Source of the DNA: an uncultured virus (IMG/VR IMGVR_UViG_3300036715_000622)
Taxonomy: Duplodnaviria; Heunggongvirae; Uroviricota; Caudoviricetes
Strand: one strand, 5' to 3'
DNA length: 64,000 bases
IMG/VR virus record: IMGVR_UViG_3300036715_000622
Every line of letters starts with the position of its first letter. The stretch's first letter is position 1. The position numbers and the translations under genes were made by a program. The notes beneath the pieces are model-generated. The model did not search any database and had not been told where the DNA came from. It was given only the letters and a program-made list of their open reading frames with translations. Positions 47,148-57,800 of this stretch are shown piece after piece.

Positions 47148-47149
47148 TA

Positions 47150-48949
47150 CTACTCCAACCTACTAATATTATTTTCTTTAATTACATTAATCTTCTCTAA
47201 TAGAGGGTGGGTAAAACCATGTGATATCAAGAAAGTATTAAGGTGTTCCTCTTTAAGAAGAACCTCTACTAACTTCTCTTTACCGTATGTGTCTAAACTG
47301 TCTATAGTCTCATCTAATATAAGTAGATTTATGCGAGTATTAGAAAGAGATTGCATCAACTTACGAATTGCAAGTAGTGTTGCAGTATTAACTCTAGCCT
47401 TCTCTCCACCGGATAGAGCTAGGATATCTATATCTTTCCCGTTATCACTGATAAGAACATTTAACTTATCACCTGTACTTACTTTAAATGTAAGCTGGAA
47501 TCTTCCATCAGATAGATCAGATAAGTATTCGTTTGCTAGAATCTCTAAACTTTTTACTAGGCACTCAATTTTATAAGCTATTAGCCCATTAGTACTAAAA
47601 GTTTTTTGAAGAATTTGTAGTATAGTTAACCTGTCATTTAGACTACCTAATTCCTTATTATAATTGAGTAAATCCTCTTTCATACTATCCATCTGCGCAA
47701 GGATCACATCTATGCGTGAATTATGCGCAGATGCTTTAAGATTTTCTTTCTCAATTAAACTAATTTTATTAGTATTGTCATCTACTAATGCCTGTAATGA
47801 ATTAATCTTTGATTGAAGGTCCTCTGCATTTAGTACTTCTACTGGAAGAGTATTATCAATTAAACTATGATAACTTTCCCAATCTGCCTTAAGTTTAGCT
47901 ACTTTAGCTGTCTCCTTTGATAGCTCACCTAACTCCTCAATCTTAGTATCTAACTGAACTATTGCTTTCTCTGCAATTTTAATAAGTTCATGCTGTTCTG
48001 AGATCAGATCAGATAACTTCTTAGTATCAATCTCCTGTAAGCATGTAGGACAAGTACCATTTAATTTGCTAATTTTAGCAACAAAAGCTGTAGCATCTTT
48101 TACTGTTTTTCTATGCTCGGCTACTGCTGTAATATAGGGCTTATTATCTTCTACTGCTAATATGTCTGTAGCTATTACCTCTATTGGAATAGCATTTAAT
48201 TGTTCCTTATAAGTATTATTCTTAGCAATCTTTTTATTAGTAGCATCAATATCTTTAAGCTTTGCTGTAGCTTCGTGTAATTCTTGATTGATTTTATCAT
48301 CAAATTCTGGGTATTCTTGTAGGCATAACTTATCTAAGTTCTCTTTTGAATGTTTAGTTAGCCAAGTACTAGTAGTATTAATTTTACTCTCTAAAGTAAT
48401 AATCTCTTCGGATAATACTTTAGCTAGTGATTTAAAGTGATCAAATGCTTCAATATACTTTGATAAGTTAAGAAGGTCAATAAGAAACTTCTTTCGAACT
48501 GTGTCAGTGGCAGTGAGAAAACTTAAGCTACTACTACTGCTTTGATAAATAAGTTGAGAGAAGTTTTTAGCATCTACTCCTAATATTTCTTCTAAGAGCT
48601 TGAATGTATTTGTAGCAGTATGGCTTGAAATACTAATTCCATTCTTAGTAAGAGAAATAGTCTGGGTTGATCCTCGACTAGTTTTAACTTCAAAAATATC
48701 TCCGTCTTTCTCAAATTCTAGTTCAATACTGTAGCTTTTATCTTTAGTATATCTATTTAGGATATCACCCTTCTTAATACCTTTAGAGTTTTTATTAAAG
48801 CATACCTCTTCTAGAATTAAAGGAATTGATGATTTGCCATGCCCATTAAGCCCCACTAGTTGTACAATAGGATCTTTATCAAAGTGCACTACATTATTTA
48901 TACCGTAGCTAAAGCAGTTTGACCACCTCATAGTTTTAAATACTATCAA
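47150..48949 (-). CDS. D13: SbcC/Rad50-like recombination ATPase (T5 D13-like)
   Basis: GLNGHGKSS, CPTC hook, LSGGE, LILDE. Confidence 0.95.
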   Translation of the reverse strand: MIVFKTMRWSNCFSYGINNVVHFDKDPIVQLVGLNGHGKSSIPLILEEVCFNKNSKGIKKGDILNRYTKDKSYSIELEFEKDGDIFEVKTSRGSTQTISLTKNGISISSHTATNTFKLLEEILGVDAKNFSQLIYQSSSSSLSFLTATDTVRKKFLIDLLNLSKYIEAFDHFKSLAKVLSEEIITLESKINTTSTWLTKHSKENLDKLCLQEYPEFDDKINQELHEATAKLKDIDATNKKIAKNNTYKEQLNAIPIEVIATDILAVEDNKPYITAVAEHRKTVKDATAFVAKISKLNGTCPTCLQEIDTKKLSDLISEQHELIKIAEKAIVQLDTKIEELGELSKETAKVAKLKADWESYHSLIDNTLPVEVLNAEDLQSKINSLQALVDDNTNKISLIEKENLKASAHNSRIDVILAQMDSMKEDLLNYNKELGSLNDRLTILQILQKTFSTNGLIAYKIECLVKSLEILANEYLSDLSDGRFQLTFKVSTGDKLNVLISDNGKDIDILALSGGEKARVNTATLLAIRKLMQSLSNTRINLLILDETIDSLDTYGKEKLVEVLLKEEHLNTFLISHGFTHPLLEKINVIKENNISRLE

Positions 48950-48964
48950 CTTTTATTCTCCATC

Positions 48965-49912
48965 TTATAATAGATGTTTATTATCATTATATACTTGTAG
49001 TGCCTTTTCTATTGTATCTTCACTAAGTTCAAGAATATAACTAAGATACTCGGTTATTTCTTGTTCTACACTCATTTCTGGGGAAAGTATTAAGGCTGTT
49101 TCAATATTACGTTTTACCACTTTTTTATCAATCAATGCATTATCAGTAACATTACCAAGCTCAGACATATCACCTTCAATTTCGAAGATTGTATGGTCTG
49201 GGTGTGTTGGAACCATTTCGTCACCTACCTTAATAGTTCTCCTAATTAGCTGCGGTAAATTAAGTGGTATAAAAGTATGAGAAAGCGTATCACTGTCAAA
49301 AATAATAACACCAGTATCAACGCTATTGCGATGGAAAGAAGTGGTGATTGGGGATCCAGGATAAAGGATGTTGCGCTGGCTATTGCCATAAGAATGTAAG
49401 TCACCCGCAAGGACCACTTTCCATCTATCAAATAATTCCAAATTAACTTCAGGTTTGACATGTGGTGGTATTTCTCCTCTAACATGGGTTACTAGAATAT
49501 CCCCATGAAAATTAATATCTGCTTGGTTGTACTCTTTTAGTTTATTATATGGAATAAAATCTATATTCTCTATACTTAAATAATCATCAATAACTTCTAC
49601 TAATGAATTAATTAGGTTAGTAGATTTTTTGAGGTTAGTTAGGAATGTCTGACCTTTCTTAGTGGCCTCATGATTGCCTGGTATAATTATAGTCTTTGCC
49701 CTGCAATCTGCAATAAATTCAAAGTATAGTTCTAGTTCTTGCATTGATGGAAGTTTATCAAAAATATCCCCACCAATAATATGCATATCTACAGATTTTT
49801 CTAATTCATGTAACTTACCAAATAACTGTTTATATCTATTTACAGCCCATTCATTGGGTATATTTTTTGTATTGAGTTTTATATGCCAATCGGCACTAAA
49901 AAGCAGCTTCAT
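48965..49912 (-). CDS. D12: SbcD/Mre11-like nuclease (T5 D12-like)
   Basis: ADWH, GGDIFD, GNHE, GDLH, YPGSP. Confidence 0.95.
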   Translation of the reverse strand: MKLLFSADWHIKLNTKNIPNEWAVNRYKQLFGKLHELEKSVDMHIIGGDIFDKLPSMQELELYFEFIADCRAKTIIIPGNHEATKKGQTFLTNLKKSTNLINSLVEVIDDYLSIENIDFIPYNKLKEYNQADINFHGDILVTHVRGEIPPHVKPEVNLELFDRWKVVLAGDLHSYGNSQRNILYPGSPITTSFHRNSVDTGVIIFDSDTLSHTFIPLNLPQLIRRTIKVGDEMVPTHPDHTIFEIEGDMSELGNVTDNALIDKKVVKRNIETALILSPEMSVEQEITEYLSYILELSEDTIEKALQVYNDNKHLL

Positions 49913-50085
49913 TTATAAAAAACCACTTCAATAGTTGCTCGTATTTCTTTATCAGAGGTACTGCTAATACTAATATTTGGAATGTGCCCAATGCTACTAC
50001 TATTAAGAGCAATCTCTGTTAAATATGTAGAAACTTGTTCATCTAGTAAGGCTATATCTAGCCCATTAATTTCTAGAATATTCAT
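49909..50085 (-). CDS. Hypothetical protein, 58 aa
   Basis: AAGGA SD; ATGA overlap with D12. Confidence 0.5.
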   Translation of the reverse strand: MNILEINGLDIALLDEQVSTYLTEIALNSSSIGHIPNISISSTSDKEIRATIEVVFYK

Positions 50086-50094
50086 TATTTATCC

Positions 50095-51489
50095 TTATTG
50101 TAATACCCAAACAGTATTACCGCTATCATATACAGCATGGTATCCTCGCTGTTCCATAATTTTCTTTTCAGTTAATTCTATGCTATACCCCAGTTCTACT
50201 AATTTATGCTTCTGACACTGATTTCTAGATAAAGATTTAAGTCCTTTATAATACCTATAATTGGGGGAGGAGTTATGGCTTAATTTAAATCCTAAGGTAC
50301 TATACAATTTTCCTACACTCCAACGTCTGTCGGAGTAGCTTACTATACTACCTGCATTTAAACTTCTAAAGTACTTTAGAAGTTTGGAGGCACCCCCTAC
50401 CACAGTATAGTCTAGTATTGAACAATACCTTAGTAATTCAAATTTATAATCTTTACTATACCTAGGTATTCCGAAGGTCATTAGAGCCACTAGTTCATCA
50501 CCTAAATACATCCCATATCTATGGGTGGACACACAGCTACCTTGAATATGGTTAGTATTTAAGAATTCAGTAGATGTGGCTTCTGATACCTCTCTAATAG
50601 TACATTTACGTGCACCTATCTTATCTGTATTACCTAATATAGATTTAATACGCGATTTTACTATATCTTGTTTATTAACCCACTCATCTTCGTTAATATG
50701 AATTAATTGATAACCAAAGTCCTCCACAGCTTTAGTCTTATTTAAATGGTACTCTTTACCTGCTAATTCCTCCCTATGCCAATATATACCATTAAACTCA
50801 AAAGCTAGCCCAAGATCCGGTAAAACAATATCTAACTCCTTACCTTCTAGTATGTGCCTATCATTAGTAACTATCCATCCAGAGTATATTGATTTTATAA
50901 ACTCTAAAATAGCGCTCTCCCCTTTGCTTATCTTTATAGCCTTTGCGCAATTAGGACATCCAGATTCTTTACTAACTATATTATTTGGTTTTGCTTTCCA
51001 GGTTATTCCGCATACATCACAAGTATACTCTATAGGGGTCTTATTATTTATGTACTCCCCAATACAACTAATACTTCTACCCTTAATATCCTCTAGATGG
51101 GCCTCAGTAGTTCTAGAGGCTCTATTGGAACAAAATTTACAGTTATGCCCCTGTAACACGCTTGCAGGCCTAACTTTATGCACACTACCACATACTATGC
51201 ACTTATGATCTATCTCTGTAAGATTATTTATATAATCTTCTATACGTCTATAAGTTGTACTTTTAATCTTATCGTCGTATTCTTCATTTGTCCAAGTAAG
51301 TTTCTTTGTACTACAGGTTTTACAACCAACCCCTGCTAGAACTTTCTTAGGGGGTTTATTAGTTATAGTCCCGCATACTAAACATATATGATCAATAGGT
51401 ACTAAACTGGTAATGTATTCGCCAATACGTCTATATAAAATGCCTTTTTGTTTTAACTTACTATCATACTCTTTATTATTTAGTGTCAT
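50095..51489 (-). CDS. Hef-like free-standing endonuclease, copy 2
   Basis: Three CxxC...CxxC repeats; ELDIVLPDLGLAFEFNGIYWH; C-terminal half nearly identical to 9259-10704. Confidence 0.75.
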   Translation of the reverse strand: MTLNNKEYDSKLKQKGILYRRIGEYITSLVPIDHICLVCGTITNKPPKKVLAGVGCKTCSTKKLTWTNEEYDDKIKSTTYRRIEDYINNLTEIDHKCIVCGSVHKVRPASVLQGHNCKFCSNRASRTTEAHLEDIKGRSISCIGEYINNKTPIEYTCDVCGITWKAKPNNIVSKESGCPNCAKAIKISKGESAILEFIKSIYSGWIVTNDRHILEGKELDIVLPDLGLAFEFNGIYWHREELAGKEYHLNKTKAVEDFGYQLIHINEDEWVNKQDIVKSRIKSILGNTDKIGARKCTIREVSEATSTEFLNTNHIQGSCVSTHRYGMYLGDELVALMTFGIPRYSKDYKFELLRYCSILDYTVVGGASKLLKYFRSLNAGSIVSYSDRRWSVGKLYSTLGFKLSHNSSPNYRYYKGLKSLSRNQCQKHKLVELGYSIELTEKKIMEQRGYHAVYDSGNTVWVLQ

Positions 51490-51552
51490 TTATGTTACTC
51501 CCCCAAGCGCAAGTATCCCCAAAGCAACTTAATGCCTTGGGGATATTATCTA

Positions 51553-52194
51553 TTACTGTGGAATATCTGCTATTGCTTCTTTTTCTGCCTCTGTAGGCTC
51601 TGTATCAGTTTCACCACTAGTAATTTTATCTAGCAGTATTTTGATATCTGATGGGCTTGGACGAGGATACTTAGTATCAATATCAACTGCTTCTGCTACA
51701 AGAGCCTTTTCTTCTGCTGAAAGAGCACGTTTTTTGCAGCGAAGAACCTGAAGCGTATATTCAACGTTAAATGGTAGGGGACCAGTTTTAGCACGTTTAA
51801 ACACTACGTCCCAGCCAGTATCCATATCGGTAGGATCACCCAAATCTTCTGCTGCACTAAGAATCTGCTCGAAAAGCTTTTTCTTCAGGTTGAGTACTTT
51901 AACCTTACCATCTTTAGGGTCAATGCAATTAATACTGTATGCCCAAGAGCATTTCTTTTCAGGGAAATAGGTAGGTACATGATCTACTTCTTTATTTGCG
52001 AACTTTTCCATTTCACGGTCAAATGCTAGGCACTCAACTGGAATGTCTTTATCGTTTGTTCCTTTAATCCAGTATACATAACGTGGCAAAACTCCGCCAA
52101 TTAGACGTACCGTATTTTCTCCATCTTTATACTCATAAGCATCCACTTTATTCTTAATTGCGGTACCTTTAGTATTTCCAAATGCTAGTGCCAT
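51553..52194 (-). CDS. D11: Single-stranded DNA-binding protein (T5 D11-like)
   Basis: GENTVRLIGGVLPRYVYW...ECL.FDRE.EKF...LKKKLFEQI...KTGPLPFNVEY; acidic tail. Confidence 0.88.
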   Translation of the reverse strand: MALAFGNTKGTAIKNKVDAYEYKDGENTVRLIGGVLPRYVYWIKGTNDKDIPVECLAFDREMEKFANKEVDHVPTYFPEKKCSWAYSINCIDPKDGKVKVLNLKKKLFEQILSAAEDLGDPTDMDTGWDVVFKRAKTGPLPFNVEYTLQVLRCKKRALSAEEKALVAEAVDIDTKYPRPSPSDIKILLDKITSGETDTEPTEAEKEAIADIPQ

Positions 52195-52562
52195 TTTTCT
52201 TCCTCATATTTAAATTGTACTTCAGTTTGTGTTATTTTTAACAATGGATTTGTCTTAATGCTATCTAGGTTTAAGTCAGGGAAATGTGATAGCGGTAAAT
52301 GTTTAATTCCATATAATTGATATGCAGCATAGTTTCTTTTAGATGCCAATAATATATACTGATAAATATATAGAACATCTGTTACCCTATCTTCAAGTAT
52401 ATAGTCTGGGTTTAATAAGAAATTATGTCCCCTTAATTTACTACGTAGATTATTTTTAAGTAGTTTATGTGGGTTTGCGTACTCCCTCAATAAGTTAGTT
52501 AATTTAATTGGATTATTGTCTGTCTCTTTTACTAAATTTTCAAAGTTAAAGAAAAGAGTCAT
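52185..52562 (-). CDS. Conserved T5-like hypothetical protein
   Basis: LFFNFE...G.NFLLNP...QYI.LAS.RNY...NPLL; promoter TTGAAA-17-TATAAT at about 52582-52610. Confidence 0.65.
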   Translation of the reverse strand: MTLFFNFENLVKETDNNPIKLTNLLREYANPHKLLKNNLRSKLRGHNFLLNPDYILEDRVTDVLYIYQYILLASKRNYAAYQLYGIKHLPLSHFPDLNLDSIKTNPLLKITQTEVQFKYEEEKWH

Positions 52563-52619
52563 AATGCGATCCAATATATATATTATACGCTATTTGCAAA
52601 ATAATTTCAAGTCTCATTT

Positions 52620-53561
52620 TTACAACCCCACTACTTTCCAGCCCTTCTCAAAGTAAAAAGATAGTCTAGTCATAGTCTGTTTCTTCTCTGAATAACCTTT
52701 AAATTGCATATCAATAACTACTGGATCCAATTTACCTGGAGATAACCTCATTACTCTACCAATTACTTGCTCTAGAAGCCCAGCATTAGCAATAGGGGTA
52801 GTTAATATTACACAGCTAAGACTATTAACTGATATACCTTCTGCAAAAATGCCTCTACTACCACATATTACCTTCTTATTGCCTTCTGATACTTCTTTAA
52901 TAACTTCCTCTCTATCCTTAGTTGCTCCAATAATTAAGATAGAAGAGTCACCAAGTATTTTATGTACACCTTCTAAAAATTCTGTTCTATCACCAATTAC
53001 TAGTACTTTGTGCCCCATACTAACATGCTTTGCGGCTATATATGCAATCAATTGCTGGTACTCTGGGTCATATAATAGCTTATTCATCTTATCAGCCCAA
53101 CTCTTTCCAATTGGTAAGCTAATATTAGTAGGATATAGATGTATAGTGGGATCCATTGTATTACTCTGAGCAGGCTTATAAACTTTAGAGCCAAAAAAGT
53201 CTCTAAAATATACATGCTTACCGTCCCTTCGTGTCATAGTACCACTAAGACCTATCTTATAAGTAGCATGGCTACTATCAATAATACCTGTGAAGGTAGA
53301 AGCAGGAGTATGGTGTCCTTCATCCATAATCAGTGTACCAAACTCTTTACTTATCTGATCTAGTTTAAGTACTAGAGACTGTACATTACCAACTACTATA
53401 GGGGCATCTATATTATATTTTCCAGCGCCTATAATTCCTGGCTCAATACCGTATAATACCTTTACTTCATTAATCCACTGATCTCTTAAAGCTGATGTAT
53501 GTGTAACTACTAAAGTCTTTTGACCTAGTTTATACGCAATATGTAGGGCTGTGAACGTTTT
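52620..53561 (-). CDS. D10: SF2 helicase (T5 D10-like), exon 2
   Basis: Frame open from 53561: KTFTALHIA...DEGHH...GLSGT...EGIS...EQVIGRVMR. Confidence 0.9.
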   Translation of the reverse strand, partial: KTFTALHIAYKLGQKTLVVTHTSALRDQWINEVKVLYGIEPGIIGAGKYNIDAPIVVGNVQSLVLKLDQISKEFGTLIMDEGHHTPASTFTGIIDSSHATYKIGLSGTMTRRDGKHVYFRDFFGSKVYKPAQSNTMDPTIHLYPTNISLPIGKSWADKMNKLLYDPEYQQLIAYIAAKHVSMGHKVLVIGDRTEFLEGVHKILGDSSILIIGATKDREEVIKEVSEGNKKVICGSRGIFAEGISVNSLSCVILTTPIANAGLLEQVIGRVMRLSPGKLDPVVIDMQFKGYSEKKQTMTRLSFYFEKGWKVVGL

Positions 53562-53984
53562 CTGTGGACTATACCTTTATCTTAAAACTAATGATGCTAC
53601 TTAGTAGAATTTTTATATAACAAGTTAATTAACTGTAAGATTGAAGACTTCACCTATTTGATTAAAAGTTAGTCCTAAGTCTCTTGCTTCTAAAAACTCT
53701 TCTTTATTCATTATGTATCCCATATGTGGTTATGATACAATATAAGATATTCGCCGTATTATACTAAAATTCTTACATTATTTATCTATTATACTCTAGC
53801 CGACAAATTTTTGCAAGTATATTTTTGTATCCCAGTCTACTTCCGTTCTGGAAGTACTGTGAGTCTCTGAACCATTTGAAAGCATTCCTGCTAACTCTGG
53901 CTGCTGATTATCCTTATTAAAGGCCTTCCAGCAATTGAGCGAATTTATTACCCTTTAATTACTTAAAGGGAGGGCAAAACATTT
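53562..53984 (-). mobile_element. Group I self-splicing intron (423 nt) in the D10 helicase gene
   Basis: P AAUUGCUGGAA (53926-53936), Q AAUCAGCAGCC (53899-53909), R GGUUCAGAGACU (53862-53873), S AAGGUAUAGUCC (53566-53577); 5' exon ends in U, intron ends in G; splicing restores GWG|KT. Confidence 0.92.
53625..53711 (-). pseudogene. Truncated intron-encoded ORF (HTH-like N-terminus, probable homing endonuclease remnant)
   Basis: MNKEEFLEARDLGLTFNQIGEVFNLTVN*; GGA SD; own TTGCAA-17-TATAAT promoter at 53788-53816. Confidence 0.6.
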
Positions 53985-54317
53985 ACCCCAACCAACAAGC
54001 GCATTAATAAAACAACTACTATCTACTTGGTCGTATATCTCTTGCTGCTCCTCATATAGTGGAAAGATAGGTTCAGGAAAATCAGCGAAGTTTAATACCC
54101 GCTTATCCGCAATCTCATACCCTTCTGGAATTAGATCTACCCTACCAGAAGGTATTGATACTATCTTAGGTGTAACCATTTTATAGTTACGAATTGTTTC
54201 AACATTGCGGTACTTACCCTCTCCTATAATTATTTGATAAGTTAGGGCATCAAATAACTCTTTCTTCTTTTCTGGTAAGTCCATATAGATTCGATTAGAT
54301 ATTATTGCTTTACTCAT
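53985..54317 (-). CDS. D10: SF2 helicase (T5 D10-like), exon 1
   Basis: KAIISNRIY...SIPSGR.DLIP...FINALVGWG, breaks inside Walker A. Confidence 0.9.
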
Positions 54318-54844
54318 ATTTTTCTTACTGTATCCTTATGTAATTCTTTAAAAAAGCCATAAAGAATATAACTATGTTTACCTACTTTTAATACTCCAGC
54401 GTACTTCTCCTCAGTATTGGGAGGGTATAGGCACATATACCTGCCTGGAATATCTTGAATCTCTACTAAAGAGGCTGACGGGGTTCTATGTGTAATTAAT
54501 ATCTTCTTAAATATAAGAGGCACTATTTTACTCTTTTTATAATTAAAAAGCTTGCCTAGCGAGTCAATGAACCACATCTTTGGTGTTGCTAACTTTAGCA
54601 AGTCCCCAGGAAAAAATATTGCGTGCTGTAACTTATGAAGTTTGGCGCCGGTACCAGAGATTCTGAGCCTGCGAAGGCTGAGTTTATCTCCGGTAATATT
54701 CCTATCATCAATGATTTTAACTGAGGGTGTAATACTCTTGTCATCTTCTCGTTTAATAGTAAAGTAGAAAACTACACCATCCTCTATAGTGGGAGGGTGT
54801 AGTCCTACTTTATATACGGGCCAAGCAATCTCCGATAATTTCAT
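54314..54844 (-). CDS. Conserved T5-like hypothetical protein downstream of DNA polymerase
   Basis: I.WPVY...IIDDRN..G..L..RRL...FIDS.GKLF.Y.K...RKI; start set at MKLSEI. Confidence 0.7.
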   Translation of the reverse strand: MKLSEIAWPVYKVGLHPPTIEDGVVFYFTIKREDDKSITPSVKIIDDRNITGDKLSLRRLRISGTGAKLHKLQHAIFFPGDLLKLATPKMWFIDSLGKLFNYKKSKIVPLIFKKILITHRTPSASLVEIQDIPGRYMCLYPPNTEEKYAGVLKVGKHSYILYGFFKELHKDTVRKI

Positions 54845-57800
54845 ATTTCTTCTCAAATTTGTCGAAGGAGTAGTCCTGACCAACATCTTGATCTACACCA
54901 ATAGGCTGACCTTGGATGGAGCAACCACGGTCTTTTTGCGTATTACGCGTAAGAATTTCCCTAGCCTGCTCAACTAAATCGTCTCGCACAATACATACTA
55001 TTGAATCGTGTACTAACATGAATACTTTAGCATCCATGTTATTAGCTCTAAATTCATTAGCAGTATCAATAGCCCCTAATAGATTTACGTCACTACATAC
55101 TGATTGAATTGTAGCATTTACTCCGCTGCGAACCTCGTGAGCAGCGATGCCTTTATCAGTACTAAATACGTTAGGCAAACGACGTTTACGCCCAAAGAAG
55201 GAATACACGTACCCATTAGCTTTAATGAACTCTTGAGTATCAGTAAGCCATTTCTTCAGTCCTTTAAAAGTATTAAAGTACTGCTTAATAACTTGTTGTG
55301 CATCCTCTAGCGTAAGATTACCACCTTCTTTGTTAACTGTATCTGCTACTTTTTGCGGCCCAGAGCCATATAAAATCCCGAATGTTACAGCCTTTGCTGC
55401 TTGCCTATCTAAAGAAAATAACTTCTTAACATCCTCGACTGCGCAGGGTAAGTTAAAAACCTGTTTAGCAATTGTAGAGTGAAAATCTCCCCCCTGTTTA
55501 AATACGTTCTGAAGTGCCTTATCACCACTAAGAACTGCAGCATAGTAAACTTCACCAGTCTGCAAGTCTTGAGAGATTATCTTATACCCTGGAGGAGCTT
55601 GTATACATCCTTTGATAATAGGATCATCTCTAGGTATCTGCTGAGCGTTAAACTTCCCACTACTGCTAAGGCGGCCGCTGGTAGTAAAAGTAAGATTAAA
55701 ATTAGTACGAATACGACCATCTTTATCTAGTTCCGGTAAAATCTTGCTAATGTAAGAGCTCTTAATCTTCCCAAGCTGGCGAACTTTCAAAATCGCAGCA
55801 GGCAATGGGTGCTCTTCGCTCAACTCTTCCAAAACCTCTGCATCTGTTGAAAGAGCGCCAGTCTTAGTTAACTTACCAGTAGGCGTAAGCTTAAGATAAT
55901 CAAAGAGTACCTTTCTAAGTTGTTGCACAGAATTTGGGTTAAATATTGCTCCAGTATCCTGCTCGAATTGTTTAACCTCAGCAAATCCATATACCTCTTC
56001 CTTAGCTTCTTGAATCCATTTATCTAGATATTTTTCCGATGCTAGTAGTCTTTCTTCTGACATTGGGATACCTACTTCTTCCATATTCATTAGAAACTCT
56101 ACACCGGGAATCAAAATATTATCATATACCCACTTTAGTTTTGGCTGCTTATCAATAAGTGGTTTAAACTTATAGTGCAGTTCTAGTGTTACTGCAGTGT
56201 CAATACAATTATGTACTAATCCCACATCTGTAAAAAAACAATGATTATTCTCTACGTTAATACACCATTTAGTGGAGTACCCGCGCTTATTTACTGGAGG
56301 GTTCCAAGGTACCTTTTTATAAATAATTGCATAATAGGGTTTATCCCCTATAGTATCCCAATAGTACGTATTAACTAGTTTACGATACTGCTCTGGTATC
56401 TTATAGGCACAGTCTGTATGAATATACGGGGCTATAGATTTAAAGAAGTTATCTTGAAATTCTCTATCCCAAGTAAAAAATTGATTATTTTTCTCACTAT
56501 CCTCAAAAAATCTAGCTCCCTTTAAGCCTAAAACTTCCAAACGCTCTATCATAATACGTCTTTCTGTATCAGACATAGTTCTAGACCAAATCCTAGGGGC
56601 ACTACCCGCTAGATTACCATCATCCATATACCAAACTGCAATTGCCTTAATATTTAAGTTACTAGAAAAATCCGTAGTGATTTTAGGCTTTTGTACCTTT
56701 GTGCCTTCTCTAAATATACTGCTGCGAAACAAATCAGTATATAATAAAGAATACTCTGAATAATACTGATAAATATCTTGCCTTCTTCCATCTACATCCC
56801 CTACAATTACTTTAACCTTAGTGCAGCCTAGAGCTTCTGCCTTAAACTTAGCATAATTTTTTCTAGAGGCTGCCTGACTTACCATAAATCCTGCACCAGA
56901 AGTATTCCTAGAATCAAATCGGCCGTCTCCTAACATAGAGCCATACAGTATCTGGTAACTATCGGGTGTTAAATCAAATTCCTGCGAGAGTATTCTATCG
57001 CCTACTTGTATAGAGGATACCTCTGACCATCCTCTAGATAGTAGTACTTTATGATCTGAAGTAAATTTTGGTCCACGGTATATTCCACTATCTTTTATAG
57101 TTTCTGTAGTATACATACCCGTAACAATAGAATACCACTCTTTACTAGGATGTGTCTGTTTTACCCAACCATTAATTCTGCTATCTTCGTATTGGCCTGT
57201 TTTCTCATTATATGATAGTACTTTATCAGTAGATTTAGTACGTACTAATTCTCCAATAGTCTTTTTTGTACCATCTGCCATAAAAACTAGAGAATCATGG
57301 GTTAAACAGGCATATGTACTAATAATATCAAAAGGTATAAGGTCATAAGTAAAGTCAGCAGATAGAATATTATGGGTAGCACAATAGTTCTTCTTAAAGT
57401 CCTCCAATGCTGCATCGTAGTCACCATATGTTGTATACTTAATTGCAAGACCCTTTAGACCGTGTGAACCCTCTGTTTCATCTAATACATAGTGTTCTAC
57501 CATAGTATCATCACAATCTGGAGCAAACTTTAGACTAAAATGATACTCTAGCCACTTTTGGTCAAACTTACGATTATGGAATACAATATGATAGTTCTCA
57601 ATTATTCTTTGTAGAATCTCAATATGTTCGTCAGTAAGGATATCTGTATTAATATACCTACCCTGCTTTAGTTTATAACTAATTGAAATACCCAGAATAT
57701 ACCCATCTCGTGGATATAAGGCAGTAGTTTCAGTATCCACTGCTATTACTTTAGCCCCAGAGTTAAGAACTTCTAGTAAAAACTCCATTGCTTCATCAGC

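Noticed and set aside
53328..53954. D10 helicase as a pseudogene or sequencing frameshift
   Set aside because: Precise removal of 423 nt restores the frame and Walker A, and intron core elements are present.
53955..53984. GK|CF after Walker A looks like an intein N-terminus
   Set aside because: An in-frame stop follows after 8 codons and there is no HN|C/S/T end. The sequence is explained as P1/IGS of a group I intron.
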